NCBI GenBank assembly: GCA_008369845.1
Contig: MRSU01010985.1
Span: 1-38,036 of the forward strand
Direction of reading: 5' to 3'
DNA from: Trichomonas gallinae
Taxonomy: Eukaryota
Length of the DNA stretch: 38,036 bases
The position numbers were made by a program, and so were the translations under genes. Below, piece by piece: positions 1 to 10,950 of the stretch (position 1 is the stretch's first letter; each line of letters begins with the position of its first letter). The notes under the pieces were generated by a model. It did not search any database and was not told the DNA's origin. It saw only the letters and a list, made by a program, of their open reading frames with translations.

Positions 1-73
1 GATTTTTAGGAGTTGTATGCGTGCAATCTAATATGTATCCTTCTGGAATTTGAAGGACACGTTTTCTGGACAT
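1..73 (-). CDS. 5' end of a gene running off the left edge (MSRKRVLQIPEGYILDCTHTTPKN...)
   Basis: ATG at 73 on the minus strand, open for 24 codons to the window edge. An AAAGTGAC motif (84-91, minus strand) lies just upstream. Divergent from the gene at 468. Confidence 0.6.
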   Translation of the reverse strand, partial: MSRKRVLQIPEGYILDCTHTTPKN

Positions 74-407
74 AATATATTATGTCACTTTTAGAAAAAT
101 GGCTATTCTATTTTGACATTTGACTTTTGACATTTTGACACTTATTTGGCAAAAATATATACAAAAGTGCTACGGCGGTTTTGGAGAGCGCCAGACCGAG
201 CGCCAAATGTCACTTTTTGCGCCATTTCGACATGTATAGATAAGTATAGATGTAAGTTAGTAAAATATCAAAATTATAGGATATGTTTGCCTTGATGTTT
301 TTTCTGCTTCAAACGAAAAACATGAAAATTCGCAGAGGTTTTAAGCAAAAATGTCTCTTTAGCAAGAAACAGCTTAGAACGAAATCTTTACACCAAAGAT
401 TTATTAA

Positions 408-415
408 AAAGTGAC
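408..415 (+). promoter_or_regulatory. AAAGTGAC motif (Trichomonas core-promoter motif M2-like); representative copy
   Basis: Lies 52 bp before ATG 468. The same octamer occurs on either strand at 84, 209, 2850, 15711, 16437, 18456, 18622, 20574, 33455, 33476, 33556 and 38024, all outside called CDSs. Confidence 0.7.
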
Positions 416-467
416 AAGTGAAATTTTTCTGTTTAAATTTTTTAGAAGAAAGAAAATTTTTTTTTAA

Positions 468-1934
468 ATGAGCGAAAGGCGGAAATTACATCATCGCTCA
501 GCCTCAGTGAACGCTTTAGTGGATAGGAAAAGCAGCAATGATCGCCGAATTCAAGAAAACAAACGAAATGAGGAAGAAAAGCCATATGAATATCAAGTTG
601 AACACCATAGATCAAGAAGGCATGCACCAGAGACACAGGATCCTGATGCTCAACACAGAAGACACCGCCATCATCACTCAAGCCGTGAAAATAATAATCC
701 AAAATATGCAAGTCAAAGACCTACGCCAATATCAACGTCATCACACCACAGATCGCATTCATCATCGTCACGTGCAAAAGAACACTCTTCTAGGAAATCC
801 AGCGGAAATAATGAATTTAATTCGCCTTTTACTCCAGTTTCGCCCGCAGAATCAATTAAATCTGCACATCAAAGACCGCCACTATTACCACTAGATACCA
901 TAGAACAATTAAAATACTCTTCTTCATCTCGTCATAGGTCAAAATCAGCGAGAAGCGTCGGACAAAAGCATGCAACCCCTGAATTAGATAAATTTGAAAT
1001 CAAAAATATCGTTCTTTCTCCGAAAGAAGAACCAAAGCAAATTGAAAATCCACAACCACAAAGAACGCGAACAAGGAAAAGAGTATTGGCTGCAAAACAG
1101 CCAGAACAGAAAGTTGAACAGCTACAACCACAACAATCAAATCATTCTCCGCATCATAAAAGTTTTCGAGAAATTCTTGCAGAAAAACCAAAATTTGCAT
1201 CGCAAGCACAGCCTAAACCTCTTATTGGTACGGAATATGACCATCAATTTAAGCCAATGGTTGTTAAACCTTTAGCTCCAACTTCACAACTCGAAGAAAG
1301 AAATAAATTCGAAATGGACAACATCCCTGATGACTACAGAGGCCGTAGACTTGGTCAATCACCATTAGAAGGCCAAGCTTTAACTTATGCAAACGATAAA
1401 AATATTCAAAAGCCAGTTGATGATAATAAAACAGAAAAAGACAAAAAGGAACGCCACGTTAAGCTGGATTCCTCTGCAAGACACAGATCTGCATCAGCGC
1501 CCAAAAAGATGCGATCAAGTAACCAAAACTTGTGGCTTCCGCCTTCAATGGAGAAGTTTAATAACATAAGCATTGATGGTGAAATAATTATCCCTCAAAA
1601 AGCTGCTTTAGAACAATCAGATTCATCATCGATGTTAACGCCAATAACAGGCTCAAACAACAGCGAAGAGCCAATAAAGATGACTGATGAGACAGAATTT
1701 GAGCCAGAACTTAGAAGAGAAGATATTAATAAAAAGAAATATAGGCCGCCGAAACTGAAGGCTTTTGATGGTGCTCCAATATCAAGGATTGCCCCGCCTT
1801 TAAGCGCCACAGTTGCTGATCCAGCGAAAACATTAAAGAGATTTGAAAATCCGACGCCAGCGCATATTGATATTCCACAAGAAGATCAGATACCAAAGCA
1901 AAAGCGAACTAGAAGACGGAAACCTGCTGAATAA
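468..1934 (+). CDS. Hypothetical Arg/Ser/His/Lys-rich, probably disordered protein (488 aa)
   Basis: Long ORF with ATG after a T-rich leader and AAAGTGAC at 408-415. Basic C-terminus (KQKRTRRRK) is NLS-like. No recognisable domain. Confidence 0.85.
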   Translation: MSERRKLHHRSASVNALVDRKSSNDRRIQENKRNEEEKPYEYQVEHHRSRRHAPETQDPDAQHRRHRHHHSSRENNNPKYASQRPTPISTSSHHRSHSSSSRAKEHSSRKSSGNNEFNSPFTPVSPAESIKSAHQRPPLLPLDTIEQLKYSSSSRHRSKSARSVGQKHATPELDKFEIKNIVLSPKEEPKQIENPQPQRTRTRKRVLAAKQPEQKVEQLQPQQSNHSPHHKSFREILAEKPKFASQAQPKPLIGTEYDHQFKPMVVKPLAPTSQLEERNKFEMDNIPDDYRGRRLGQSPLEGQALTYANDKNIQKPVDDNKTEKDKKERHVKLDSSARHRSASAPKKMRSSNQNLWLPPSMEKFNNISIDGEIIIPQKAALEQSDSSSMLTPITGSNNSEEPIKMTDETEFEPELRREDINKKKYRPPKLKAFDGAPISRIAPPLSATVADPAKTLKRFENPTPAHIDIPQEDQIPKQKRTRRRKPAE

Positions 1935-2324
1935 TATATTTTTTATATTTATCAGCATATTTCCACATAATTATTCATTTGTTTTTTATATTATATTTGT
2001 ATAGTATTAGTTTATTGTAAATTGTTTATATTCATCTATAAAATAAGACCTTTTTGAAATCGAAAAATATTTTCAAAAAATTCGTCTCAATTTCAAACAT
2101 ATTATAGCTGTTATCCATATACAATATAAAAACTATTTACAATAAACATGTTATAAAGATCTATTTGATATATTTTGGAATTATGTTATTTAACCTTGTT
2201 ATAGCAGCAGAAATATTAGCTTCTAGTTGAATTATAGATTTATGGTTGATTTTAGTAAAATGAGTTAATTTGCTAAAAATTTTAAATTTTTAGTTGAGTT
2301 TCAATACATTTATGTTACTATATG

Positions 2325-2837
2325 CTACTTGTATATAGGTTTAGGTTCTGCTTCGCCAGGGAAGGTATAAGTTAGTGTTTGGCCAGTTTCACCATCTGCA
2401 TAATATTTCTTCTCTTCGAATCTAAACTTGTATCCAAGCGTATCTTCATATAGTTTATGCCCTGCACGATTAGTTTCACGAACATTCAAATTAATATGTG
2501 TAGTCTTGAAATTCTCGCGGAATGATCTGTGGGTGTAAGTGATGAGCTTTGTGGCAATTCCGAGTTTTCTGTATGAGTTGAAAACAGCAACAGATGTGAG
2601 ACCACCATATAATTCCTTGGTCTTTTGGTAATTCTTGTTCATTTCCTCATCGAGCTTGCCGAGAACATAACCAATGATCTTGCCTTTAGAGTTTGTAGCA
2701 ACATGGGAAACTTGTGGGCAGCAAAGCTGATGGTAAATCCAGAACCAAAGCTGGTAGTTCTCAGCGAGACAGTTAATGTTGGCCTGCTGGAGGTGAATCA
2801 AGTCCATGGCCTTCATCGGCCTCATTCTGATCGGCAT
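2325..2837 (-). CDS. NAA10: N-terminal acetyltransferase, NatA catalytic subunit (Naa10/Ard1 family GNAT), 170 aa
   Basis: MPIRMRPM..DL..LQQANINCLAENYQ, GKIIGYVLGK, LTSVAVFNSYRKLGIATKLI, LNVRETN and KYYADGE match Ard1 motifs. The likely start ATG 2837 follows an Inr-like TCACT; the 96-aa upstream extension in the ORF track is probably spurious. Confidence 0.9.
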   Translation of the reverse strand: MPIRMRPMKAMDLIHLQQANINCLAENYQLWFWIYHQLCCPQVSHVATNSKGKIIGYVLGKLDEEMNKNYQKTKELYGGLTSVAVFNSYRKLGIATKLITYTHRSFRENFKTTHINLNVRETNRAGHKLYEDTLGYKFRFEEKKYYADGETGQTLTYTFPGEAEPKPIYK

Positions 2838-3137
2838 AGTGGAAATTGAAAAGTGACAATATAATGACACGTAAACATATATTTGCCATGTAATGTATAA
2901 TTTGACATATGTTTTTGCCATATAAATTTCACCATGCCAGAATGATTTCACAATATTCTTATGAAATATATAATAACATGACCGTATATGGTTAAATGAC
3001 AACAAAATCAGTTCATATTTCCGGAGATTCCAAATTTCGTAATTTTCTATTGGCAACAGAAAGCTAAATCGATAAAGAACCAATGTTGGCTGGAAACAAG
3101 TATGATATTTTTGCATGAAAAACAAACAAACAATTTT

Positions 3138-4106
3138 TTATGCATGCACAGAGTTGACATCAGGAACAGTTCCTGTAATATTCGTACTATTGCAACTAGA
3201 GCCATTAGCTGATTGGTTGTATGAACTTCTTCTGACTCTTGGTCTGCAAATTCTTTCGGAAAGTAATATTTTGCTTGATTGAGACATACTCTGCTTGATA
3301 ATAGTTGACTTGCCCGTCGGCAACTGGCGTAAGAAGTAAGGGGATCCCAAGAGCTCGTCAACTGTAGAACGATTGGCTGGATTAACATCTAGGCATCTTC
3401 TGACTAGTTTGATCAAGTTTTGATCACGCAGTGGTTCTGGGTTGTATATGCCACTTGAAATTCGCTCGTATAACATTCTCGAGTCATTTCCCATGAACGG
3501 ATACATGCCTGTTGCAACAAAATATATTGTTACACCAAGGGCCCATATGTCAGCTTTGAATGGATCGAACTCAATTTTCCTGAATATTTCAGGAGCCATA
3601 AAAACCTTAGTGCCTCTGAAGTTGTCAGAGAGTTCATCTGCCTGGTGGCGATGAGCTAGTCCAAAATCTCCAAGTTTGATTCGATCATATTTGTCAAACA
3701 AGAAATTTGATGGCTTAATGTCGCAATGAGCGATAGATCTATCATGACAAGCCTTAACAGCACCAATGCATCCTTGTATGACCTTTCTGATTTCAGGGGT
3801 TGTAAGAGTTCCCTTTTGTGCTATGAATCTTTCCAAATCATTAACGCAAAGTTCCATAAGCATGTAAATGTATCCATTAAAAACATAATAGTTGTATAAG
3901 TTAACAATGAAACAAGCATTAATTGATTTCATACACTCTATTTCTCCTTCCAAATACTTGTTCTGCGGAATCTTTTTCAAGGCAAAGTTGGACTTATATT
4001 GGAAGCTATAGACCTTCCATACCTCGCCAAACGCGCCATGGGCAATCTTCTCGATAGGGCGGATGCCGCAACTATCTAGGAAATCCATTTCGTCTTTCTC
4101 CATCAT
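3138..4106 (-). CDS. CAMK-group Ser/Thr protein kinase (non-RD), 322 aa
   Basis: HGAFGEV, ALKKI, HCDIKPSN, DFG, APE and DIWALG motifs are intact. Confidence 0.93.
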   Translation of the reverse strand: MMEKDEMDFLDSCGIRPIEKIAHGAFGEVWKVYSFQYKSNFALKKIPQNKYLEGEIECMKSINACFIVNLYNYYVFNGYIYMLMELCVNDLERFIAQKGTLTTPEIRKVIQGCIGAVKACHDRSIAHCDIKPSNFLFDKYDRIKLGDFGLAHRHQADELSDNFRGTKVFMAPEIFRKIEFDPFKADIWALGVTIYFVATGMYPFMGNDSRMLYERISSGIYNPEPLRDQNLIKLVRRCLDVNPANRSTVDELLGSPYFLRQLPTGKSTIIKQSMSQSSKILLSERICRPRVRRSSYNQSANGSSCNSTNITGTVPDVNSVHA

Positions 4107-5846
4107 GATGAAATAATTTTTTTATGTTTTTTGACCCACCTTAGAAAAATTAAAATCTCCTCTCAATCGCATAATCTTTTATCAATCAAAATCAATGAAA
4201 AATAATCATAAAATACTACAAATAGTACGAATACGTGGAAAATTTTTAAGTATGTCAGATTTATTTAAACGCTAATTTTATTTCGAATTCCAGAATTCAT
4301 ACGAAATTATTTAATGCCGGGTTATTTAGACGTGGTGTGATTTTTTTTTATTGAATTTTATGAATTTGAATTAGTTATAGAACGTAACGCGACATTTTGT
4401 TCATCTATGGATGGACATTCATTTTTTAAAAACCACTTTTATTAATCCGTCTAACAGTTCATCTGTAATTTTATTTATTATTCACATTGGCATAGGGTTG
4501 ATATTTTCGATTTTTTCCGAAGAAATTTGAATCGTATTGTTTTATATATATCGAAATAACATTATCCGATTGCAATATAATCCAATAATTACGTAAAAAA
4601 ATTACAATCCTTAATTTTTTATTTCGATTAATTTTGCTCAATTATCATTCAGTATCATTTTGCGTAAAACATGAGCGATTTTTTTTGAAGGGAAAATAAT
4701 CGGTAGTGCAACGTAATTAGATTTATCTTGATAATGAGCTATATCTAAGTATTTTCTTATAATGTCAAATAATTTCTGAAAAGAGTTTATATTTTCAATT
4801 CTCAATAATTTTTACTATATTAATAAATTGAGAACATATAACTTTATTTCTGATGCATAATGAGAATCTGGACTTTATTCAAAACGAGAGAACGACAATG
4901 AGAAAATTTCCACATTTTCCCATTATTCGCTAATAAAACTCTTTATTATGTTTTATTTGTTTATATTACAAAATTTCGCAAATAAAATGATGTGACGATA
5001 ACTTGTCAAAAAGTTTTATCGTCTTTGGAACCATGATGCTACAAACTCGATGAATCTAATGGAAAATATGAAAAAATCATAATGACGCTAATTTGAGATC
5101 AATATTACCATTTTTCTTAAAATTTTTGAATCTTTAGTTGCCAATTATCTTTGCATAAGCTAATAGATGGATACATAACAGAACTAATGCCATTATTTTT
5201 CGTCAAATGTCAAATTTATAGTTGTTCAATCATATCCTTATTAACCATTTTAATTTTTCTTCGCTAATATTCATGTTTCTCAAGCGGAATGAATTAATAA
5301 TATGGAGCTTATTATGTAATTAACTTGTATATGTTAAAAAATTTATATTTCCTTTAGGATATATAAATAATATTTTTATTGGAAATGACTACATACATCA
5401 TAGACAAGCTCAATCATTTTTAATATACGTATATATTCATCATCCAATAATCTCGCATCTCATTTCGTTTGTTAATCAAATGATTAGGATTCCACATTAA
5501 TTAATGACATCAATCTTGAAATTGTGATTAGAATAAGGAGGACTAAATTATACATTATGATAAGTTGATGTAACTTGGATAAATAAATTTTTTTCATAAT
5601 ATAAGAAATATGTGAGTGATTTGTATAGTAATAATCTATAATAGAATATTTTCACTTTTTGCTAAATAACAATGGCTATAAATTAGGATATTTCTAATCT
5701 CATATTATTCGTGATATTTTTCCCAGTTTCATTTGAAGTCTATTATGAATAGAAATTTATGCCATTTTCTCGTTCCATTTTGGCATTTTCAAAAGATAAA
5801 TAAAATAATATAAATATTTCTTTTACAAAAATCAACAATAATATAA

Positions 5847-7364
5847 CTATTTCTTAGCTTTTGGCTTCTTAGGAGTCGAGGGCTTCCTTGTCTTCTTGAC
5901 TTCTTCATTGAAATTCTTAATATAATCTAATTCCGCGAGATCTCTAACCTTAGGACGTGCATTTTGGTCCAAGTTAAGACACATCTTAATGAAATTCTTT
6001 CCTTCCGGACTCAATATTTTAACCTTGTCGACTGCTTCAGCAATCATTGACGTTTTCTGCTCATCCGTAGCCTTTGTACTGCATTCCTTCTTAAGATTCA
6101 TATCATTTGTTATCATTTCATAATATATAATTCCTAAAGACCATGTATCAGCTGATGGCGACACTTTGTTGGAGAGTCCAAATGTCTCTGGAGCTGTATA
6201 ACCAACAGTTCCTGTTCCAGGAGTTGACTGTAAAATTGATTGCCCATTTTCGGCAATTTTCGAGAGCCCGAAGTCTGCAATTTTTGGAACATTGTTTTCG
6301 TCGAATAATATGTTTGCTGGCTTAAGATCGTAGTGAATAATGATTTCTGACTGATCTCCTGGATTAGATTTCAACGCGATTAATCCTTCAATGATCTGTT
6401 TAAGGATCTGATGAGCCTCGAACTCAGAGAATTTAACCTTGCTGATTAAGTGGTTCAAATCTCCTCCAGAAGCATATTCCATAATATATGCAACTTCATT
6501 ATCTGTGAAATAAAAGTATCTGATGATCTTAATAACATTCTTATGCTCTGTGGCTGACATGATGTCAATTTCGCGCTTCAAATGACGGGCGAAAACAGCG
6601 GGATGAACATTTTTCGGTAACTTAACGAATTTCACAGCGACGAGCTGAGCAGTGACATAGTCCCATGCTTTCCATACGTCAGCGAAGCCTCCTGCTCCGA
6701 TTTTTTCGATTAACTGAACGTTATCTGAATCAACCATCAGAGAAGGCTGCAATTCATCGATATCCTCTTTGAGTATCTTCATTATCTTTCCTCTGTCAAT
6801 GTCAAGACGGTCTTTTTTCTCCTTTAAAGTGTCTAATTCTTTTTTATACAATTTTGAGAGTATCTTAGATTCGCTTGATTCCAGTTTCTTTTCTAGGGCC
6901 TCTATTTGCTTCTGTATTCTCAAGGATTCCGGAGTATCAAAGAAAGCTCCGGTCGAAGCATTTGCTAAAAAGCCATGCCTTACCATTGACTGGGCAATTT
7001 CCATGGATTTCACTTGCCTGTCAGCTGTAGCTTTATCTTCTATCATTAATTTGGCGAAATCTTTAAGCCTTTGGTACTTATTTTGAAGATTTAATAAATC
7101 TTCCGATAATTTGTCGTATTCTTTTTTCAGATAGTTGTCTGGTTGTGTAAGGACACCCCTGAGCGTCTCGCTTTGGTTGTTTGGAAAATATCGATTTGAT
7201 AATTCATTTGAAATTGAATTAGTTATAGTCGCGGATGTCTGTTCTTGATAAGGGGTGATTGAACTTGTTTGGCTGTTAGTAAGAAGATCGTCCCCATCTT
7301 CGCCTTCCATTCGACGCCTGAGTAACTCCCTTCGCTGGGCATCAGCATCTTTCGAACGGCTCAT
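5847..7364 (-). CDS. TLK: Tousled-like kinase (TLK family) with coiled-coil N-terminus, about 505 aa
   Basis: GAGGFADVWKAWD, HLKRE and IIHYDLKPANIL (HYDLKP is typical of TLKs), plus DFGLSK and APE. Coiled coils precede the kinase domain. The first in-frame ATG is 7364 (MSRSKD). Confidence 0.8.
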   Translation of the reverse strand: MSRSKDADAQRRELLRRRMEGEDGDDLLTNSQTSSITPYQEQTSATITNSISNELSNRYFPNNQSETLRGVLTQPDNYLKKEYDKLSEDLLNLQNKYQRLKDFAKLMIEDKATADRQVKSMEIAQSMVRHGFLANASTGAFFDTPESLRIQKQIEALEKKLESSESKILSKLYKKELDTLKEKKDRLDIDRGKIMKILKEDIDELQPSLMVDSDNVQLIEKIGAGGFADVWKAWDYVTAQLVAVKFVKLPKNVHPAVFARHLKREIDIMSATEHKNVIKIIRYFYFTDNEVAYIMEYASGGDLNHLISKVKFSEFEAHQILKQIIEGLIALKSNPGDQSEIIIHYDLKPANILFDENNVPKIADFGLSKIAENGQSILQSTPGTGTVGYTAPETFGLSNKVSPSADTWSLGIIYYEMITNDMNLKKECSTKATDEQKTSMIAEAVDKVKILSPEGKNFIKMCLNLDQNARPKVRDLAELDYIKNFNEEVKKTRKPSTPKKPKAKK

Positions 7365-7413
7365 CGAGCTGACAAGTATTTTGTTTTTTGGCAACACAAT
7401 TTTTTTAGAAATT

Positions 7414-7838
7414 CTGACTTTGTAAATTAGAAAATTGTCCGTTAAGTTTCAGTCAGATTTACATTGTCAAATCTTTCATAAATATTGATACTTGACACCA
7501 AAAATCTGACACTGTAAAGCATATTTCGTCAAACTTTATTTTTATTTTGACAATTAACAATGTAAACTTTTAGTAAATCTAACTTTGTAAAGCATATTTA
7601 GTCAGTTATTGGTTTACATTATCATCCGTTATGAATATTTTGACAATTGACAATGTAAACTTCGTTAAATTTGTCTTTGTAAAGCAAAAACGTCAGATAT
7701 TGATTTGAATTTGACACTTTATTATGTCAGAATTAATTTGTTGCTCTATTTATCAATTCAAGGCATTTGAGTAAGTTTGTTCTTAAATCTTAGTTATAGT
7801 CAAGCTGAAATATCAGATATAGTGATTTACATTGTCAA
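7414..7838. repeat. Degenerate tandem/inverted array of TGAC-nn-TGTAAA upstream of TLK (unit about 93 bp)
   Basis: TTTTGACAATT at 7545 and 7638; GATTTACATTGTCAA at 7456 and 7824; its reverse complement at 7647; TGTAAAGCA at about 7513, 7586 and 7678. Confidence 0.8.
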
Positions 7839-7936
7839 GTTTGATATTTATAAATTATGATGATTTTTTCCTCTGATTATTAATTCATTTTCAAGTCTTT
7901 AATCCCAGAAGAAGTAAATATTAAACAGATATTTTA

Positions 7937-9223
7937 TTAAGTTGATGTTTCGGTTTGTGATAAGATCTCAATGTAATCACCATATATTTCGAACTGTTTG
8001 CATTGAAGCTGGGATGATTTTTGGGTAGTATCTTTCGTAATTCTCCATCGAATGTATCTTGCTGGATCAGTTTTCTCTTCAATACCCCAGTAAAATATAG
8101 TATCATTAGATATTAGATCTGTATTAGATTCTCTCTTATCAACAACTTGCCATGTTGTCTTATCATCTGATGTTTCAATCACCCAGTTATGGGGAGAATC
8201 CCAGTGCGATTCAGGCGCACCAGACTTAATTTCATAGCCAGAAATAGAAACTTTTGAGCTCTTAAAATCAAACATAAGAAAACTATCGTTTTTCTCGTCA
8301 ATATGCCACGTGGCATTATTATCTTTGTTAAATATTTTATCTGAAATGCTGTGATCATTTGATAATGTTGCTGAAACAAGATTTTTAACAGGAACCATTT
8401 TCTTCTTTCCTAAGAAGTCAAATATGCCTGTAAACGGCTGTTCTTGATTATGAACAAGCGTTGTGATAATTTTCTTGTACCTTGAATAATCAATTGGACA
8501 ATTAACCTCTAAAACTAGTCTGTTCTTTAAAACATTCCATATGGACGCATCTATTTCCAATGGGTTGAATTTCTCAAGGAAAGTATTCATAGTTAAAGAA
8601 TTCAAATTTTCAAAAACAACATTGGAGAATAAATGAGAAAATTCTGGACCACCATGATGAATTAACTCACATATTATGTTGAATAATTCTTCTTCTGAGT
8701 CGATTAATAAAGATTTTGAAGTCATGATTTTTTCCATAACAGGCAAAGGAAGTCCACAGAGCAATCTATGCGGCACAAGATGCAGATTTTGTGCAAGGAA
8801 ATTAACTTCTTGTGAATAATCAAGTCCATAGTCATGTTTTTCGTCGATTACAGCAATAATTCCTTGAAAATCTGGTTCTTCAGCGTCATAATCTAATTTA
8901 ACTGAGTATGCATCGAATAATTCTTGATTTCTAAGTATTTTTGCGACTTTTGTAATATAAGTTGGTTGAGCATTTGTTATTGACTTTCCTTCCATTAAAT
9001 TCATAATGTCTGTAAATTCGTAGTTATCGTCATTAAGATTTATATAGAAAGTATCGGCCAATGGATCAGTTAAATGCATTTCTGCTATTTTCGGGGAGAT
9101 AAAGTCAGCAAAAAATGAATGACAATGGTACTCATGACCGCTGACGTTGAAAGTAAAGTTTTTATCCTTAGCACAAACGACAGTTTGCTGAAGTCCTCGT
9201 GCTGATAATCTAAATTTTCTCAT
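7937..9223 (-). CDS. BTB/BACK-like plus C-terminal F5/8 type C (discoidin) domain protein
   Basis: LSARGL..FTFNVSGHEYHCHSFFADFISPKI (BTB-like), L.IDSEEELF (BACK-like), FDFK..V.ISGYEIKS, P.NWVIE.SDD..TW and RYIRWR (F5/8C). Start probably 9223 (MRKFRLS); the ORF extends to 9349. Confidence 0.85.
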   Translation of the reverse strand: MRKFRLSARGLQQTVVCAKDKNFTFNVSGHEYHCHSFFADFISPKIAEMHLTDPLADTFYINLNDDNYEFTDIMNLMEGKSITNAQPTYITKVAKILRNQELFDAYSVKLDYDAEEPDFQGIIAVIDEKHDYGLDYSQEVNFLAQNLHLVPHRLLCGLPLPVMEKIMTSKSLLIDSEEELFNIICELIHHGGPEFSHLFSNVVFENLNSLTMNTFLEKFNPLEIDASIWNVLKNRLVLEVNCPIDYSRYKKIITTLVHNQEQPFTGIFDFLGKKKMVPVKNLVSATLSNDHSISDKIFNKDNNATWHIDEKNDSFLMFDFKSSKVSISGYEIKSGAPESHWDSPHNWVIETSDDKTTWQVVDKRESNTDLISNDTIFYWGIEEKTDPARYIRWRITKDTTQKSSQLQCKQFEIYGDYIEILSQTETST

Positions 9224-9909
9224 TGATTTTTTAAAATTTGACATATTGTTGACAAATGTCAAATTAAGTTTTTGTAAAGTTGTTTTTGTCATATTTCTAA
9301 TATTTGCTAGTAATGACTCATCATATTCCATGTACAATAATTTATACACATGTACATGCTTATTTAGCCAATAAGAAATTTCACGAGCAAAATGAGCAAT
9401 TCTAGCTGATCAATTGAAATATATTGAATTAATTTCGACCTGCAATAGCCAGTAAACGCATTGCAAATAGAAATCTTTACACATAAATGACCTTCAAATT
9501 TTGTTGGTCTCACTCGAAATCTTGATTTAATTAATTCAATCCATTTCTCGAATAAGACCAGCAATTTATATCATCTCCGATGCATACACAGCTCCATATA
9601 CCAAATTCAGCAAGAAAAACAAAAAAATTGATTTTTTATAAAAATAAGCCAAACTAAAGACATCCACACCAAATTCTATTAAATACTCAGGATATATACT
9701 GGCTATTCAATGAAGTTTTGTGGTGATACCTTCTAATATTTTAAAATCAAACTTCAAAGGCGATTCTGATCTGGAGTTATTTATGCATGAATTCTAGACC
9801 AAGCGCTGCCTTGTTCTAATGTATTAAAAATCATCAGAATATAATTTTGCCAAATAAAATATTGTTTTGACATGTAAAGTCAGTGAATTTTCCTCGCTTT
9901 ATTCTGAAA

Positions 9910-10950
9910 ATGAAATATTGCGGGATTATTCATGTGACTGACAACTATGTTCTCCCAACACTGCGGAGGAATGACTGGAATGTTGGAGAAATGAGGAAAG
10001 TTTTGTTTTTTAAGAACAAAATCACTCCAGTTTATCTAACATCAGTTGAACATCCCGATTTTCTTGAGCATTTAAAGCTTATTGATGTAGATGAGCCTAT
10101 ATGCATCGATTTAGAATGGAGGGTATCATATTCCGCGAGGTTTCAATTTCATGTTTCATTATTCCAGTTTTCAACAAGTGATTGCGCATTGCTTGTGCGA
10201 CATCTTCCATCAAAACCAAGTGCTGAGCTAAAAGAGTTTCTGGTTTCGCATAAGTTTATTGGGAAAAGCACAGGAAATGACAAAAGAAAACTTAGAGAAT
10301 TATTTGGACCAGATATGGAGGTAGATATTGAGGATATAGTGTCAACACGTCTCATACCAAATGGATTTTCAAAAAACTTCCATGATCTCGTGAATACTTT
10401 CGTAGGACCTCCTCTTTTTTCGATTAAAGATAAAACAGTAACATTATCTAACTGGGAAAGGCCAAATCTTGCAATAATCCAAGTTCTCTATTCGGCTTTT
10501 GATGTTGTTGCATTAACCCACGCATTGAAAAGACTTCCACTCCCTCAAGAAAAACAAATTAGCAAACAGCCAAAACAAAAAGAGCCAAGAAAGAAGCGAA
10601 TTTCATGGAGATCATTGCCAAAAGTATTTAAGCGACCTAGTGAATGCGCTTCTGCATTATATGAAATTACATTTCCAAGAAGTGTTGGATGCCCCGATGA
10701 AATACCATTAAAAGATGAGAGTGATATCACACCAGATATGGCATTAAAGATGACACTATCAGTTTTCGGTATTGACGATGATATTCCAAGCACATTGACA
10801 ATTACCTATAGTGAGAATATTCCTGATGACATTTTTGATTCGCAACTTTATGAAACACAGAAATCAGAGATCCAAGACGGAATGCCAAGTCTCCTATCAT
10901 CAAGTGATGAAGAATACGATTTTTTTGCTGAAATAGACGAAGACTTGTAA
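9910..10950 (+). CDS. 3'-5' exonuclease, DnaQ/DEDDy, WRN-exo/EXD-like, with acidic tail
   Basis: ExoI CIDLEW, SLFQFST, ExoII GKSTGND, LSNWERPNL and ExoIII LYSAFDV; catalytic residues appear intact. First ATG is 9910. Confidence 0.88.
   Translation: MKYCGIIHVTDNYVLPTLRRNDWNVGEMRKVLFFKNKITPVYLTSVEHPDFLEHLKLIDVDEPICIDLEWRVSYSARFQFHVSLFQFSTSDCALLVRHLPSKPSAELKEFLVSHKFIGKSTGNDKRKLRELFGPDMEVDIEDIVSTRLIPNGFSKNFHDLVNTFVGPPLFSIKDKTVTLSNWERPNLAIIQVLYSAFDVVALTHALKRLPLPQEKQISKQPKQKEPRKKRISWRSLPKVFKRPSECASALYEITFPRSVGCPDEIPLKDESDITPDMALKMTLSVFGIDDDIPSTLTITYSENIPDDIFDSQLYETQKSEIQDGMPSLLSSSDEEYDFFAEIDEDL

Noticed and set aside
2838..3125. 96-aa N-terminal extension of Naa10 in the ORF track
   Set aside because: Non-ATG start, AT-rich UTR-like sequence; family homology starts at Met 2837, directly after an Inr-like TCACT.
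7414..7838. CRISPR-like repeat-spacer array
   Set aside because: Eukaryotic context; repeats are degenerate, irregularly spaced and in both orientations; no cas genes.
9224..9349. 42-aa extension of the BTB/F5-8C ORF
   Set aside because: It overlaps TGAC-rich promoter-like DNA, and this family typically begins just before LS.RGL. Not fully excluded.
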